Shown here: piece by piece, positions 35,095-44,106 of the stretch
How positions within the stretch are numbered: position 1 is the first letter of the stretch
Layout: every line of letters begins with the position of its first letter
From: Rhynchopus sp. YZ270_cl-10
Taxonomy: Eukaryota
DNA: 64,000 bases
Direction of reading: 5' to 3'
Assembly: GCA_964035575.1 (NCBI GenBank)
Contig: OZ037837.1
Location: 1,736,001 to 1,800,000 of the forward strand
Notes under the pieces: model-generated
The model's database searches: none
Told to the model about the DNA's origin: nothing
What the model saw: only the letters and a program-made list of their open reading frames with translations
Program-made: the position numbers and the translations under genes

Positions 35095-38000
35095 TCAAGT
35101 GTTCTGGGACGGCCGCGAGTTCCTGCTCCGCTTTAGGCCCCGCAGACGGTTGTAGAGGGTGTAAGCCTCTTCCACCTCGTCGGAGCTCATCGACGGCTTC
35201 TTCGCTTCTTTCCACAGGTAGAGGCAGGTGAGGGCGTCATCCACCGACTGCCAATCCCCTCCCGCTGCCAGCGACTGGTGCTGAAGCGTGTTCGGGTAGA
35301 ACGTGTCCTTCCACGCCTCGGCGGTCGCTGGACACCCCATGTTGTTGAATCCTGGGCAGGGCGCCATACCGGCATAGAACGGCACGTTGGTCGGGAGGGC
35401 TGTAGGTGCGGGTTGAGAGCCACTCTCCGATTGCGTGTACGTGCTGGGGGCCGAAGTGGCGTCAGACATGGGGACTGCGAGTTCTGATTCGTCGATGAGG
35501 TCCATAGAGAACTCGCTGCCCTGCGATGCGGCGGGCGGCTGCTCTCTCGGGTGGACGGAAGAGGGAACTGCCTCAGAGGAAGAAGATACGGGGAGGGCTG
35601 AGTGGGTGTTTGAGAAGCCACTCTCCGTACCGGTCTGAGGTTGTGTTGCCCCGTCCGAACCAGGGTGTGTCTGCGCAGAGGCGCCGGGACGGGCAACTGC
35701 TTGTGCGACAGGGGGCACCGAGGACGCGACCGGAGTAGGGAGGGCTGAATGTGTGGTGGAGTAGCCGCTCTCTTGTCCCTGGACGTCTGATGATGCCTGT
35801 CTCATGTTGCGTTGCGTCTGTGCCCTCCGCGCCTTTGCAGTCTCCACTTGGCTGGTCACGCGAGCTTCACGCTGTACCTTCACCAAGTTAATGCTCTTGG
35901 GGTCAATCATCTCGTGCGCGCGCGCAATGATCCTCGCCGCGCATGGCTTGCTGGACACTGGCAGGGCCCGCGGGCAGGTTGAGGGGAGGGAACGACACGG
36001 CACACACACCCAAACTGAGCACTCCCGACACTCCCAATGACGTTCACGACCGAGGACCGCAGCCGAGCACAGCTCGCATTTCCCGAAATCCGCCCGTGAG
36101 TCTTCCAGGGGGCAGTCCAGAAGCCCCTCGCGTGACACACAAGTGAGAGGCGGCAGGCGCGGGGTCGGTTCATGCATGAGGAGGAACTGCGTCAGCTTCT
36201 CGGGGATATTGACCGGCGTGAAGTGACCTGCGGTGCGGCCATCGTGGGCTAGTGCGAGCACCTGACGGTATCCCACTTCGCCTGAGGGGGTGAAGACCGA
36301 CGGTCGATGGCCACCAATGAACACCACCACCAGGGAATGCAGAGCTCGGGCCAGGCCGCTAACCGTCACCATGTCAGCCCAAGTGTCAGGACGCGCACAC
36401 CCAGCGATGCTCATCTGTCGCGCCCATACTCCGACACTTGGTTCAGCGCGAGCCGCTAAGTCCTCGTCTTGGACCACCTGTGCAATCGCCGCCTGTCTCA
36501 GGGACCCCGCACTCCTCCCGCACTGGTACGCCACGGCATCGAAGCAACAGTCGCCCACTGTGTAGCGGAAGTCCGCGGGAACGGAGCACCCGAGGGAGGA
36601 CAGCTGTAGCGGCAGGGCCGGCGGGGGGTCACATGTCTCCAGCGCCTTGAATGCTGTTGCAGGGTCTTCGCAGGGAGTGGAGGGTACTTCAAGGGTGGAC
36701 GGATGGGTGGATTCCTTGCCCGCTTGTCGGCTCAGCCATGCCTCCATCGCTGCCGTGGCTTCGTCGACGTCATAAAGGGGATCAGGGGCGACGGGAGCGA
36801 CAGGTTCCTCTTCAACTTCACAGTCGTTCTCAGACAAGCGGTACAGATGGTCATCCACGTACGAAGGGAAACGGTCATCGGGAGGGTCTGGCGAGACGTA
36901 GTAGCTTTTGTCGAGGGACACTGCTTTCGCTGGCACTGCTGTGCGCGTGACCGCAAGGCTGAAGCACAGGGCGCCTCTCTTCAGCAATGTGGCGCCCACC
37001 TCCCGCTGGACACACACGGCCAGACGTTCGTTCCACTTGACCGATGCCAGAACTTTATCCCCGTCCGCTCGCTCCGCAGCCATCTTGTTCAGATGGCGCC
37101 ACAGCGTGTCTGCCTCCGGACCTAGCCCCCCAAGGACCTCGGCTGCAAAGGCTGTGAAGGAAATATGAGCTTTCCTGCAGGCTTCGCCGTGCTTGCCCCG
37201 TTTCGCCGTCTGATGTGTGACCGCGGCGTGTCCCACCGCCCGGGCCGCCCCTTGGACATGCGACTTGGCGAGGGGATTCGCTACCACGCAGTCCACCGCT
37301 CGAGGCTTGCCATCACCGACTCCGATGGAGAAGAAGATGTCTGCCGGTTTGGTCCCTCCGAGGACGATGTGCTTAGGCTCCAGGGACGGAGCGAGGCCCG
37401 CCTTCGAACCCAGCATGCCCACCAGATCGCGTAGCCGGTCATGCCTGCGAATCGTGCAACCCCCATGGCTGCAGTTGAGGGCGTGTATCCCGAACTCATC
37501 CATGGGCCGACCACATTGTTCGCATAGTGCCTTGTCCCTGTGTACCGCAAGACCCAGTCTGAGACGGACCACTGCTCGAAACTCTTCCGGGTTGATGACG
37601 TTTTCTGGGGTGGGTAATGCGGTAATCCACGCCCCCGCCAAGGGCAGCTGAAGGGAATTCAGCCGAGCACGGTCCTGGATGTCCCCTGTGTCGCGCAACT
37701 CAGACACTTGACGTGTGATGATCGGGGCAGACAGATCACGCTGTTTGAGGATTTGCTGGGGCTGTTCCTCTGGGTTCACGCGGGCATCGGCGTCCACAAG
37801 CTCATTGTACCGGGTGGCAGTGTGGCTCCACCCTCCAGCATCCCAACGGTAGTGTTTGTCCAGGTGCTTGCATAAATCGAAGGTGCCACTAGCAGCTCCC
37901 ATAGCGGCAGCGGTCCAGTGGTCGTATGCACGGCGCACCCCCAAGCCCCCTATACGCACGGGGAGGGCAGCTTGCACTCGAGCCGCATCCGGCATCAATG

Positions 38001-41000
38001 CGTCCGGGTCCGACCCTGGCGAACTCAGAATCTGTGCCAGCACCCGGTCCACCTCCTTGTCGTACTTGTCCAGCCACTTGTGATCCCCTTGGTGACGAAG
38101 GGCCCGCATGTAGAAGACAGTTTTGCAAAATCCTTCACAGTGGCGCAAGAGAGACAGAGCCACCTGAGCATCTCCCAGTTTACCCAGCAGGCGGAGTTTC
38201 TTCGAGAATTCAAGCATCGTGCTCTCCATGAACTCGTCGCAGTACTCGTTAGTGCCGATGGGGGCCCCCAGAAAGCTGAATCCCTCTCGGAGCACCTTCA
38301 GGTCCGCCACGGCAAATCCTGCATCCTGGAGGACGGCATCAGTGTGGTTCTTCTCACCTCCGAGGGGGATGAGTTCGCATTTGCAGGAATTCACCGATAG
38401 CCCCAACTTCAGGCTCTCCGACTTTAGTACCTCAAAGGCTTTCGCAACTGCCGCAGGCGATCCCATGAGCGTCCCGTCATCCAGGTACCAAACCGACAGA
38501 TCCACCCCCGGCAGGTCGCGAACCGTTTCCGTCAAGCCCTTCACCACCAGAGAGAAGAGAAGGGGGCCTAGCGGGTCACCTTGCTGCACACCGGACTGCG
38601 ATTGCACCACTACTTCACCGTACACCAGGGAGGACGGATACACGTAGCACCACTCCACAAAACGGGACAGCTTAGGGAGGTGTGCGCGCGTCTGATTCAG
38701 CAAGGTGTTGCGGCACACAGTGTTGAACGCATTGCTGAAGTCAATCTTCAGCACTACTTTGTCCTGGCCGATGTGACGGAAAGCGAAGTCCCGGACTGTC
38801 TCTGTCGCTGCCTCGATGCCACCTTCCACCCCTACCCCCACCTGCTTACCAGGGAGCAGAATGTCCTTCGCTTGCTTCTTCACATCAGCTGCATACGATT
38901 TCGCTGCCAGCCTACGGAGAGTTTCACCCACTGCGATCGGACGGACATCGTTGGCACCTTTGGGGAGCGCCATCAAACGGGCCCCAGCCAGGAAAGGAGT
39001 GACTTCGTCGGGGACTCTGGCTGCGCGGACTGCGTTGAGCACGTGAGTCAAGGCCGGTAGGATGTTGACGTCACTCTCATTCAGCATCTGCTTGAGGTGG
39101 TCCGCACGGAGGCCGGAAGGACCTGCAGCAGTGCCTCGCGGCATGCGTTTCACCAGTGCCAGCACCTGCGCAGGGGTCAAGTCATCTGGGGTGGCGGGCT
39201 TCACCAAAGCCGGGCCTAACTCCACTTTGGATGGGGGCGGAGGGTGCTTGGCCCGCAGAGCTTGCAGTGTGGCTTCAGAGTCCGGGGCGAGTCCCGACGA
39301 AGAGAGACGGGAGAAGGCTGCGGCGGGACGACCCTTCCGAGCTTCAGCGACGCACGCCCGTTCCAGATCCTCAAATATGGGGGCCTCTTGCTCTGCTCGT
39401 CTCCCCGGCACCTGAGCCTGCGCGTCCCGCCACAGTGCGGATAACTCGCCTTTCTCCCACCGCTCCAAGTCTTCGATGCGCTTCTCTCGCATGCGCTTCT
39501 TCTTCGTCTTGCCACTTCGGCGAGTGCGGAGGAGCGTTTTCCACAGCATGCCGAACCGGTTCCACGCGGACAGGTCCTTAGCGTTGGCTGCGATGTCCAA
39601 GAGTGCTATGTTCACCGCCTCCGTCACTGCACGAAGCATGTAGTCCGGGATGAACTCCATGACACGGGAGCGGCTTACGGCGATGTCATGCGCAGACGGA
39701 AGAAGGCGATCGTCGTCTACTTCCTGCTGGGACCTCTTTCGGATGGGCGGAACAGCGGATGGTGCGGTCGCCCCCCTGCACGAGAAGCATGTCCCATCCT
39801 TGGCCTTTATGGGGAGGACGTCCCCGCACCGCACGCACTGCGTGAACTTCAGGCGGCGGAGGTCGGCTGCAGGCAGGATGTCGCCTTGCTGGGCGTGCTC
39901 CTGCAAGTGATCCCGCAGCTTGCGGTGCTTAAACTCCGCGCTCCTGTGGATCTTGGAGCCCGAGCAGTGAGGCAGGGGGCAGTAATAACCCTGCGCTGGG
40001 GGGTCGAGGGAGCAAGAGGCGGTGGAATCTGCAGTGATCGCTGCCAACGGATGCGCGGCAATGGTGTCGGGGTTGAGCAGGGAGTAGGGAGCCCCTGCTG
40101 TGAGCAACTCGATAGCGTCGTTGTCGGCGTACACCGCGTCGAAGTGATTGCCCACCCGAGTGATGACCCTCGTCCTCGCGACTTCTTTTGTGGACAGCCG
40201 CGTTGCCCGGATGCGCACCACAGGGTTCTCACCACACTGCACCACGAGGATGTTCTCCCGCCACACGTTCGCCGCAAGGTGGATGGCGAAGTGGTCTCCC
40301 CAGGCGTCACCTCTGAGCCCTGCGACGTACGCATCCAACTGCTTCTGCCCACCCAACATCACTTCACCCTGTGCACGGGTCTCAACGGCTCTGTCGGCAA
40401 ACAGCTCACGAAGCTCAGTACACTCAGCAGCCGTAGGGGGCGGCCTGTTCCTGGTCTGAGCCTGGAACAGCGAGACAAAGAGGCAATTGTCCGACTCGGA
40501 GTTAGGGACGCGGACTGCGGCTCCTTGGGAAATGGAGCTCAGGAAAGCGTCAACCCTCTCTCGTTCAGCATCCACCTGGGCATCCTGTTCGTTCCCACCT
40601 CTCATGGCACCTGGGCCCGCCCAGACGTGACGGCACCGCCCTACTCTGTCTCTGCCAACATGACGCATGCGGAACAGCGCTCTGCTGCGGCGACGGGAGC
40701 CTGCCAGTGGAGGGTTGTCTTGCGGGCAATGCCCCCACGCGACGCAACGACGGACCCCAGACAGGGAGCACCGACACATCAGACGGAGACCCTGACACCA
40801 GGGGTTCCGAGCAATCCATCTGCGGCGACGGCGACGGCGACGTCGGCAGGGCTCCTTCCACGAGAGGGTGTCGGCAAGGAGGGCACGGAGCAACGCCGCG
40901 ACGTGGCAGACCATCAAGGCCCACACAACACCAGGCCCTACGACCCCACACCCACTGACGGAACCAGGAACATCCCGCGCCCCCCAGCTCCCAACCTGAC

Positions 41001-41169
41001 CAACCGACGCCTCCGCACCTCGCCTTCGCACACACACGCGCCTGAAGATGTTGCTGCTGTAGCCGTTGCTGCTGCTGTTGTTGCTGTTGTTGCTGTTGCT
41101 GCTGCTGTTGTTGCCGTAGCTGCTGTTGCTGCTGCAGTTGCTGTTGTTGCTGTTGTTGCTGTTGTTCAC
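35095..41169 (-). CDS. CRE-like polyprotein: OTU-like, C2H2/C4 fingers, RT, CCHC + restriction-like endonuclease, second OTU-like, Cys-rich finger (first ATG at 40914)
   Basis: RPIAVGE, KIDFSNAFN, GVQQGDPLGP, WYLDD; CxxC..H...C, RHD, KPAD..D; DNCLF..WGD..NHF and GDCCF..WAD..GHF. Confidence 0.92.
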   Translation of the reverse strand: MNNSNNSNNSNCSSNSSYGNNSSSNSNNSNNSSSNGYSSNIFRRVCVRRRGAEASVGQVGSWGARDVPGSVSGCGVVGPGVVWALMVCHVAALLRALLADTLSWKEPCRRRRRRRRRWIARNPWCQGLRLMCRCSLSGVRRCVAWGHCPQDNPPLAGSRRRSRALFRMRHVGRDRVGRCRHVWAGPGAMRGGNEQDAQVDAERERVDAFLSSISQGAAVRVPNSESDNCLFVSLFQAQTRNRPPPTAAECTELRELFADRAVETRAQGEVMLGGQKQLDAYVAGLRGDAWGDHFAIHLAANVWRENILVVQCGENPVVRIRATRLSTKEVARTRVITRVGNHFDAVYADNDAIELLTAGAPYSLLNPDTIAAHPLAAITADSTASCSLDPPAQGYYCPLPHCSGSKIHRSAEFKHRKLRDHLQEHAQQGDILPAADLRRLKFTQCVRCGDVLPIKAKDGTCFSCRGATAPSAVPPIRKRSQQEVDDDRLLPSAHDIAVSRSRVMEFIPDYMLRAVTEAVNIALLDIAANAKDLSAWNRFGMLWKTLLRTRRSGKTKKKRMREKRIEDLERWEKGELSALWRDAQAQVPGRRAEQEAPIFEDLERACVAEARKGRPAAAFSRLSSSGLAPDSEATLQALRAKHPPPPSKVELGPALVKPATPDDLTPAQVLALVKRMPRGTAAGPSGLRADHLKQMLNESDVNILPALTHVLNAVRAARVPDEVTPFLAGARLMALPKGANDVRPIAVGETLRRLAAKSYAADVKKQAKDILLPGKQVGVGVEGGIEAATETVRDFAFRHIGQDKVVLKIDFSNAFNTVCRNTLLNQTRAHLPKLSRFVEWCYVYPSSLVYGEVVVQSQSGVQQGDPLGPLLFSLVVKGLTETVRDLPGVDLSVWYLDDGTLMGSPAAVAKAFEVLKSESLKLGLSVNSCKCELIPLGGEKNHTDAVLQDAGFAVADLKVLREGFSFLGAPIGTNEYCDEFMESTMLEFSKKLRLLGKLGDAQVALSLLRHCEGFCKTVFYMRALRHQGDHKWLDKYDKEVDRVLAQILSSPGSDPDALMPDAARVQAALPVRIGGLGVRRAYDHWTAAAMGAASGTFDLCKHLDKHYRWDAGGWSHTATRYNELVDADARVNPEEQPQQILKQRDLSAPIITRQVSELRDTGDIQDRARLNSLQLPLAGAWITALPTPENVINPEEFRAVVRLRLGLAVHRDKALCEQCGRPMDEFGIHALNCSHGGCTIRRHDRLRDLVGMLGSKAGLAPSLEPKHIVLGGTKPADIFFSIGVGDGKPRAVDCVVANPLAKSHVQGAARAVGHAAVTHQTAKRGKHGEACRKAHISFTAFAAEVLGGLGPEADTLWRHLNKMAAERADGDKVLASVKWNERLAVCVQREVGATLLKRGALCFSLAVTRTAVPAKAVSLDKSYYVSPDPPDDRFPSYVDDHLYRLSENDCEVEEEPVAPVAPDPLYDVDEATAAMEAWLSRQAGKESTHPSTLEVPSTPCEDPATAFKALETCDPPPALPLQLSSLGCSVPADFRYTVGDCCFDAVAYQCGRSAGSLRQAAIAQVVQDEDLAARAEPSVGVWARQMSIAGCARPDTWADMVTVSGLARALHSLVVVFIGGHRPSVFTPSGEVGYRQVLALAHDGRTAGHFTPVNIPEKLTQFLLMHEPTPRLPPLTCVSREGLLDCPLEDSRADFGKCELCSAAVLGRERHWECRECSVWVCVPCRSLPSTCPRALPVSSKPCAARIIARAHEMIDPKSINLVKVQREARVTSQVETAKARRAQTQRNMRQASSDVQGQESGYSTTHSALPTPVASSVPPVAQAVARPGASAQTHPGSDGATQPQTGTESGFSNTHSALPVSSSSEAVPSSVHPREQPPAASQGSEFSMDLIDESELAVPMSDATSAPSTYTQSESGSQPAPTALPTNVPFYAGMAPCPGFNNMGCPATAEAWKDTFYPNTLQHQSLAAGGDWQSVDDALTCLYLWKEAKKPSMSSDEVEEAYTLYNRLRGLKRSRNSRPSQNT
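41051..41166. repeat. (GCT/GTT)n compound trinucleotide microsatellite
   Basis: Direct inspection. Confidence 0.85.
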
Positions 41170-42029
41170 TTGTCCCCTTTGCCCTCCTCCCCTGAAGAAG
41201 AAGTGGGGAGGCGCAGGTCAGGCTGAGGACCTTTCCGCTGCTAGCCGTCCTACACCCTTTTTACACATACCTGGGGTGTTTCCGACCAGCAGCCCCTCGG
41301 TCTCCTGGTTGTGTCCTTTTCAGACACGCCCTTCCACCGAGAGCACAGCTCACTACCACCCGTTGGCTTCTTCCGTATCACAGAAACTTCCGAAGTCCGC
41401 GGGGTGTGTAACTCACTGTGGCCCGACTGTACATTGAGCCCTCTGCTTGAGAGGACCGGCTGGTGACCCAGTCTGTAGCGATCCCATGCGTCCCAGTTTG
41501 TGGTTTCACGCACTGGTGGGACACAGCCAGCTCGCGCTGACCACTCCAGTCGCCCGGAGGTGGAACCGACGGTCTGAACCGCATGAATCTGCCGACCCAA
41601 TGCGATCTTTGACCGTTAGCCAGCCGATTACTCGACCTGACCTCTGCTCGGCAAGTTGGTCACGCCTGTCTGCAGGGGAGTGACTCCCCACAAGTATGCA
41701 TCCGACACAACTCCCTAACAGATTCACCAGCCTAGCCTGTTCACATCCCAACCGTCGCGGTTATGTCACCACTCACTAGTGTCGGAGTCTGTTAGTTTTT
41801 TTTGAAACCCAGCCATTTTAGCCTACAGGGGTACCATAAGGGGGCAATTTTTAAAAAACTGTGATTTGGGCCCCTGAGAGGCACAAAAAGGGTGGAAAAC
41901 GGGGCACACCACATTTTTTTGGGCCTGTGGGGTGGATTTTCTACTTTTTTTTACCTTAGAATCGCTTTTGACAACATTTTGAAAAATGTCATTTTCTCAC
42001 ACTTTTAATACAGGATATGACCGCCCCTA

Positions 42030-42872
42030 GGCATACTGTGCAGGCGAGCCGTTTTTAGGCGAGTTTTTCGTTTTCCTGATTTTCAGGAAAAACTCGCCAA
42101 AAACTCGCCCTACTCGCCCATTACTCGCCTATTACTCGCCAAAACTCGCCAAAAACTCGCCAAAACTCGCCTAAACTCGCCAAAAACTCGCCTAAACTCG
42201 CCTAAACTCGCCCACATTTGGGTGCAAATCCTGGTGCACATACGCACCTTGGGGGTGAAAATGTGCACCAGGATGTGAAAATGGAGGGCGGGGGTGACTG
42301 ATGACAACATGCCACTCGAAAACACACAAAAAAATTGAAATTGTGTCACTTGTACGTCTAAAGGCAACCATGTCACGGCAGTGGCTGACAGGCATGTATG
42401 TAAACATTTGCTCCAGGGGAAGATCCAAGCGTGCCATAGATCCCGGGGGACAAGACGTGCTACAATCCGGAGGATGACGAAGACATGAGCCGGGGCTACA
42501 CTCGCTATACAACAATGTCCTCGCCATGCCGGTAAATGGCAACCCTGCAGGCCACCCCTTGGCGGTATTCCACCACGACTACATCGCACCCATCTGTGCA
42601 AACTTCATGGATCCGCAGAAGCTACAGCTGGACTGGTGGTACTGGTTGTGGAAGCCTACAAAGCAAACTGTAGAGGTCTTGTTCAAGTGGAACGAAAAAA
42701 TTTTTCTCTTCAAAACTCAAATTTCCCTCATATTTTCGTGTGTACACTTTTCCCAAGGTAAAATCCCTACCAAAAAAAAAACTCGCCAAAACTCGCCCCC
42801 CAAAAATGGGCGAGTTTTAGGCGAGTTTTTGGCGAGTAGGCGAGTTTTTTTTACTCGCCCGCACAGTATGCC
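42030..42872. mobile_element. Non-autonomous GGCATAC-terminus element B
   Basis: TIR GGCATACTGTGC(A/G)GGCGAG; TA on both sides; subterminal AAACTCGCC repeats. Confidence 0.85.
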
Positions 42873-42913
42873 TAGGGGGGGGGTAAAGGAGGGGGTAAGG
42901 GGGGGGGGGGGGG

Positions 42914-44106
42914 TAGGGGGTACGACTCCAGCCATTTTTTGCGCACGGAAAATTCATTTGGCATTATCTGGTCATCTCCAAGGCAACTGCGGGTGAAAAA
43001 CACCCTCAGAGTGGGTCACAGGGGGCCTGTGGGTCGAAAAACGACCCAGAAGCCACCCCAGAATACAAAAAAATGGAAAAAAATAGTGAAAAAACGGCTT
43101 TTTTCACGTTTTGGCCACTTTGGGCAAAATAGCGATTTTTCGAGAAAAAAATCAAAAACCGGGATATTTTTTGACATCACAAAGCCTCCTTTGGCACAAA
43201 TATACCCCAAAAGTGGCCTGTGAGTCCATTCCAACCTGTTTTGGACATATTTGACACTTTTGGAAGTGTTTTTTTGGTGTTTTTAGGTCAAAAAAATGCC
43301 CAAGACGTCCCCAAGACATCCCCAAGACACTTTGCACACCCCCTGTTACGGTCATATTTTTTTCGTTTTTTTTGCCTGAAACCCCCAAAATACCCCTCCC
43401 GGACCCCACATAGTCCCGAATATCCATCACACACCCACTCAGAGTGAGTAGAAGCACCCCAAAAAAAATATTTTTTAAAGCCCTTCAACTTCAACATGGA
43501 TGCTGCCGAAACTGAAGCACAATTTTAGGGCTTTAAAAAATATTTTTTTTGGGGTGCTTCTACTCACTCTGAGTGGGTGTGTGATGGATATTCGGGACTA
43601 TGTGGGGTCCGGGAGGGGTATTTTGGGGGTTTCAGGCAAAAAAACGAAAAAAATATGACCGTAACAGGGGGTGTGCAAAGTGTCTTGGGGATGTCTTGGG
43701 GACGTCTTGGGCATTTTTTTGACCTAAAAACACCAAAAAAACACTTCCAAAAGTGTCAAATATGTCCAAAACAGGTTGGAATGGACTCACAGGCCACTTT
43801 TGGGGTATATTTGTGCCAAAGGAGGCTTTGTGATGTCAAAAAATATCCCGGTTTTTGATTTTTTTCTCGAAAAATCGCTATTTTGCCCAAAGTGGCCAAA
43901 ACGTGAAAAAAGCCGTTTTTTCACTATTTTTTTCCATTTTTTTGTATTCTGGGGTGGCTTCTGGGTCGTTTTTCGACCCACAGGCCCCCTGTGACCCACT
44001 CTGAGGGTGTTTTTCACCCGCAGTTGCCTTGGAGATGGCCAGATAATGCCAAATGAATTTTCCGTGCGTTTGGTCCCAGCCAAAATGGCTGGAGTCGTAT
44101 CCCCTA
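42914..44106. mobile_element. hAT-type foldback element C
   Basis: ~570-bp arms starting TAGGGG(G/A)TACGACTCCAGCC, ~40-nt spacer at ~43485-43526. Confidence 0.88.

Larger units (their letters stand above)
34769..41794 (-). mobile_element. CRE-clade (RLE-type) non-LTR retrotransposon, apparently full length
   Basis: Poly(A) at 34769-34787; GTTTTTTTT at both junctions (34768 and 41795); single long ORF. Confidence 0.85.
34203..42029. mobile_element. hAT-type non-autonomous element A, hosting the CRE-like retrotransposon
   Basis: ~190-bp TIR starting TAGGGGCGGTCATAT (34203-34393 vs 41830-42029). Confidence 0.85.

Noticed and set aside
39688..41226. 512-aa + strand ORF
   Set aside because: Antisense to the CRE-like ORF; ends in a microsatellite translation
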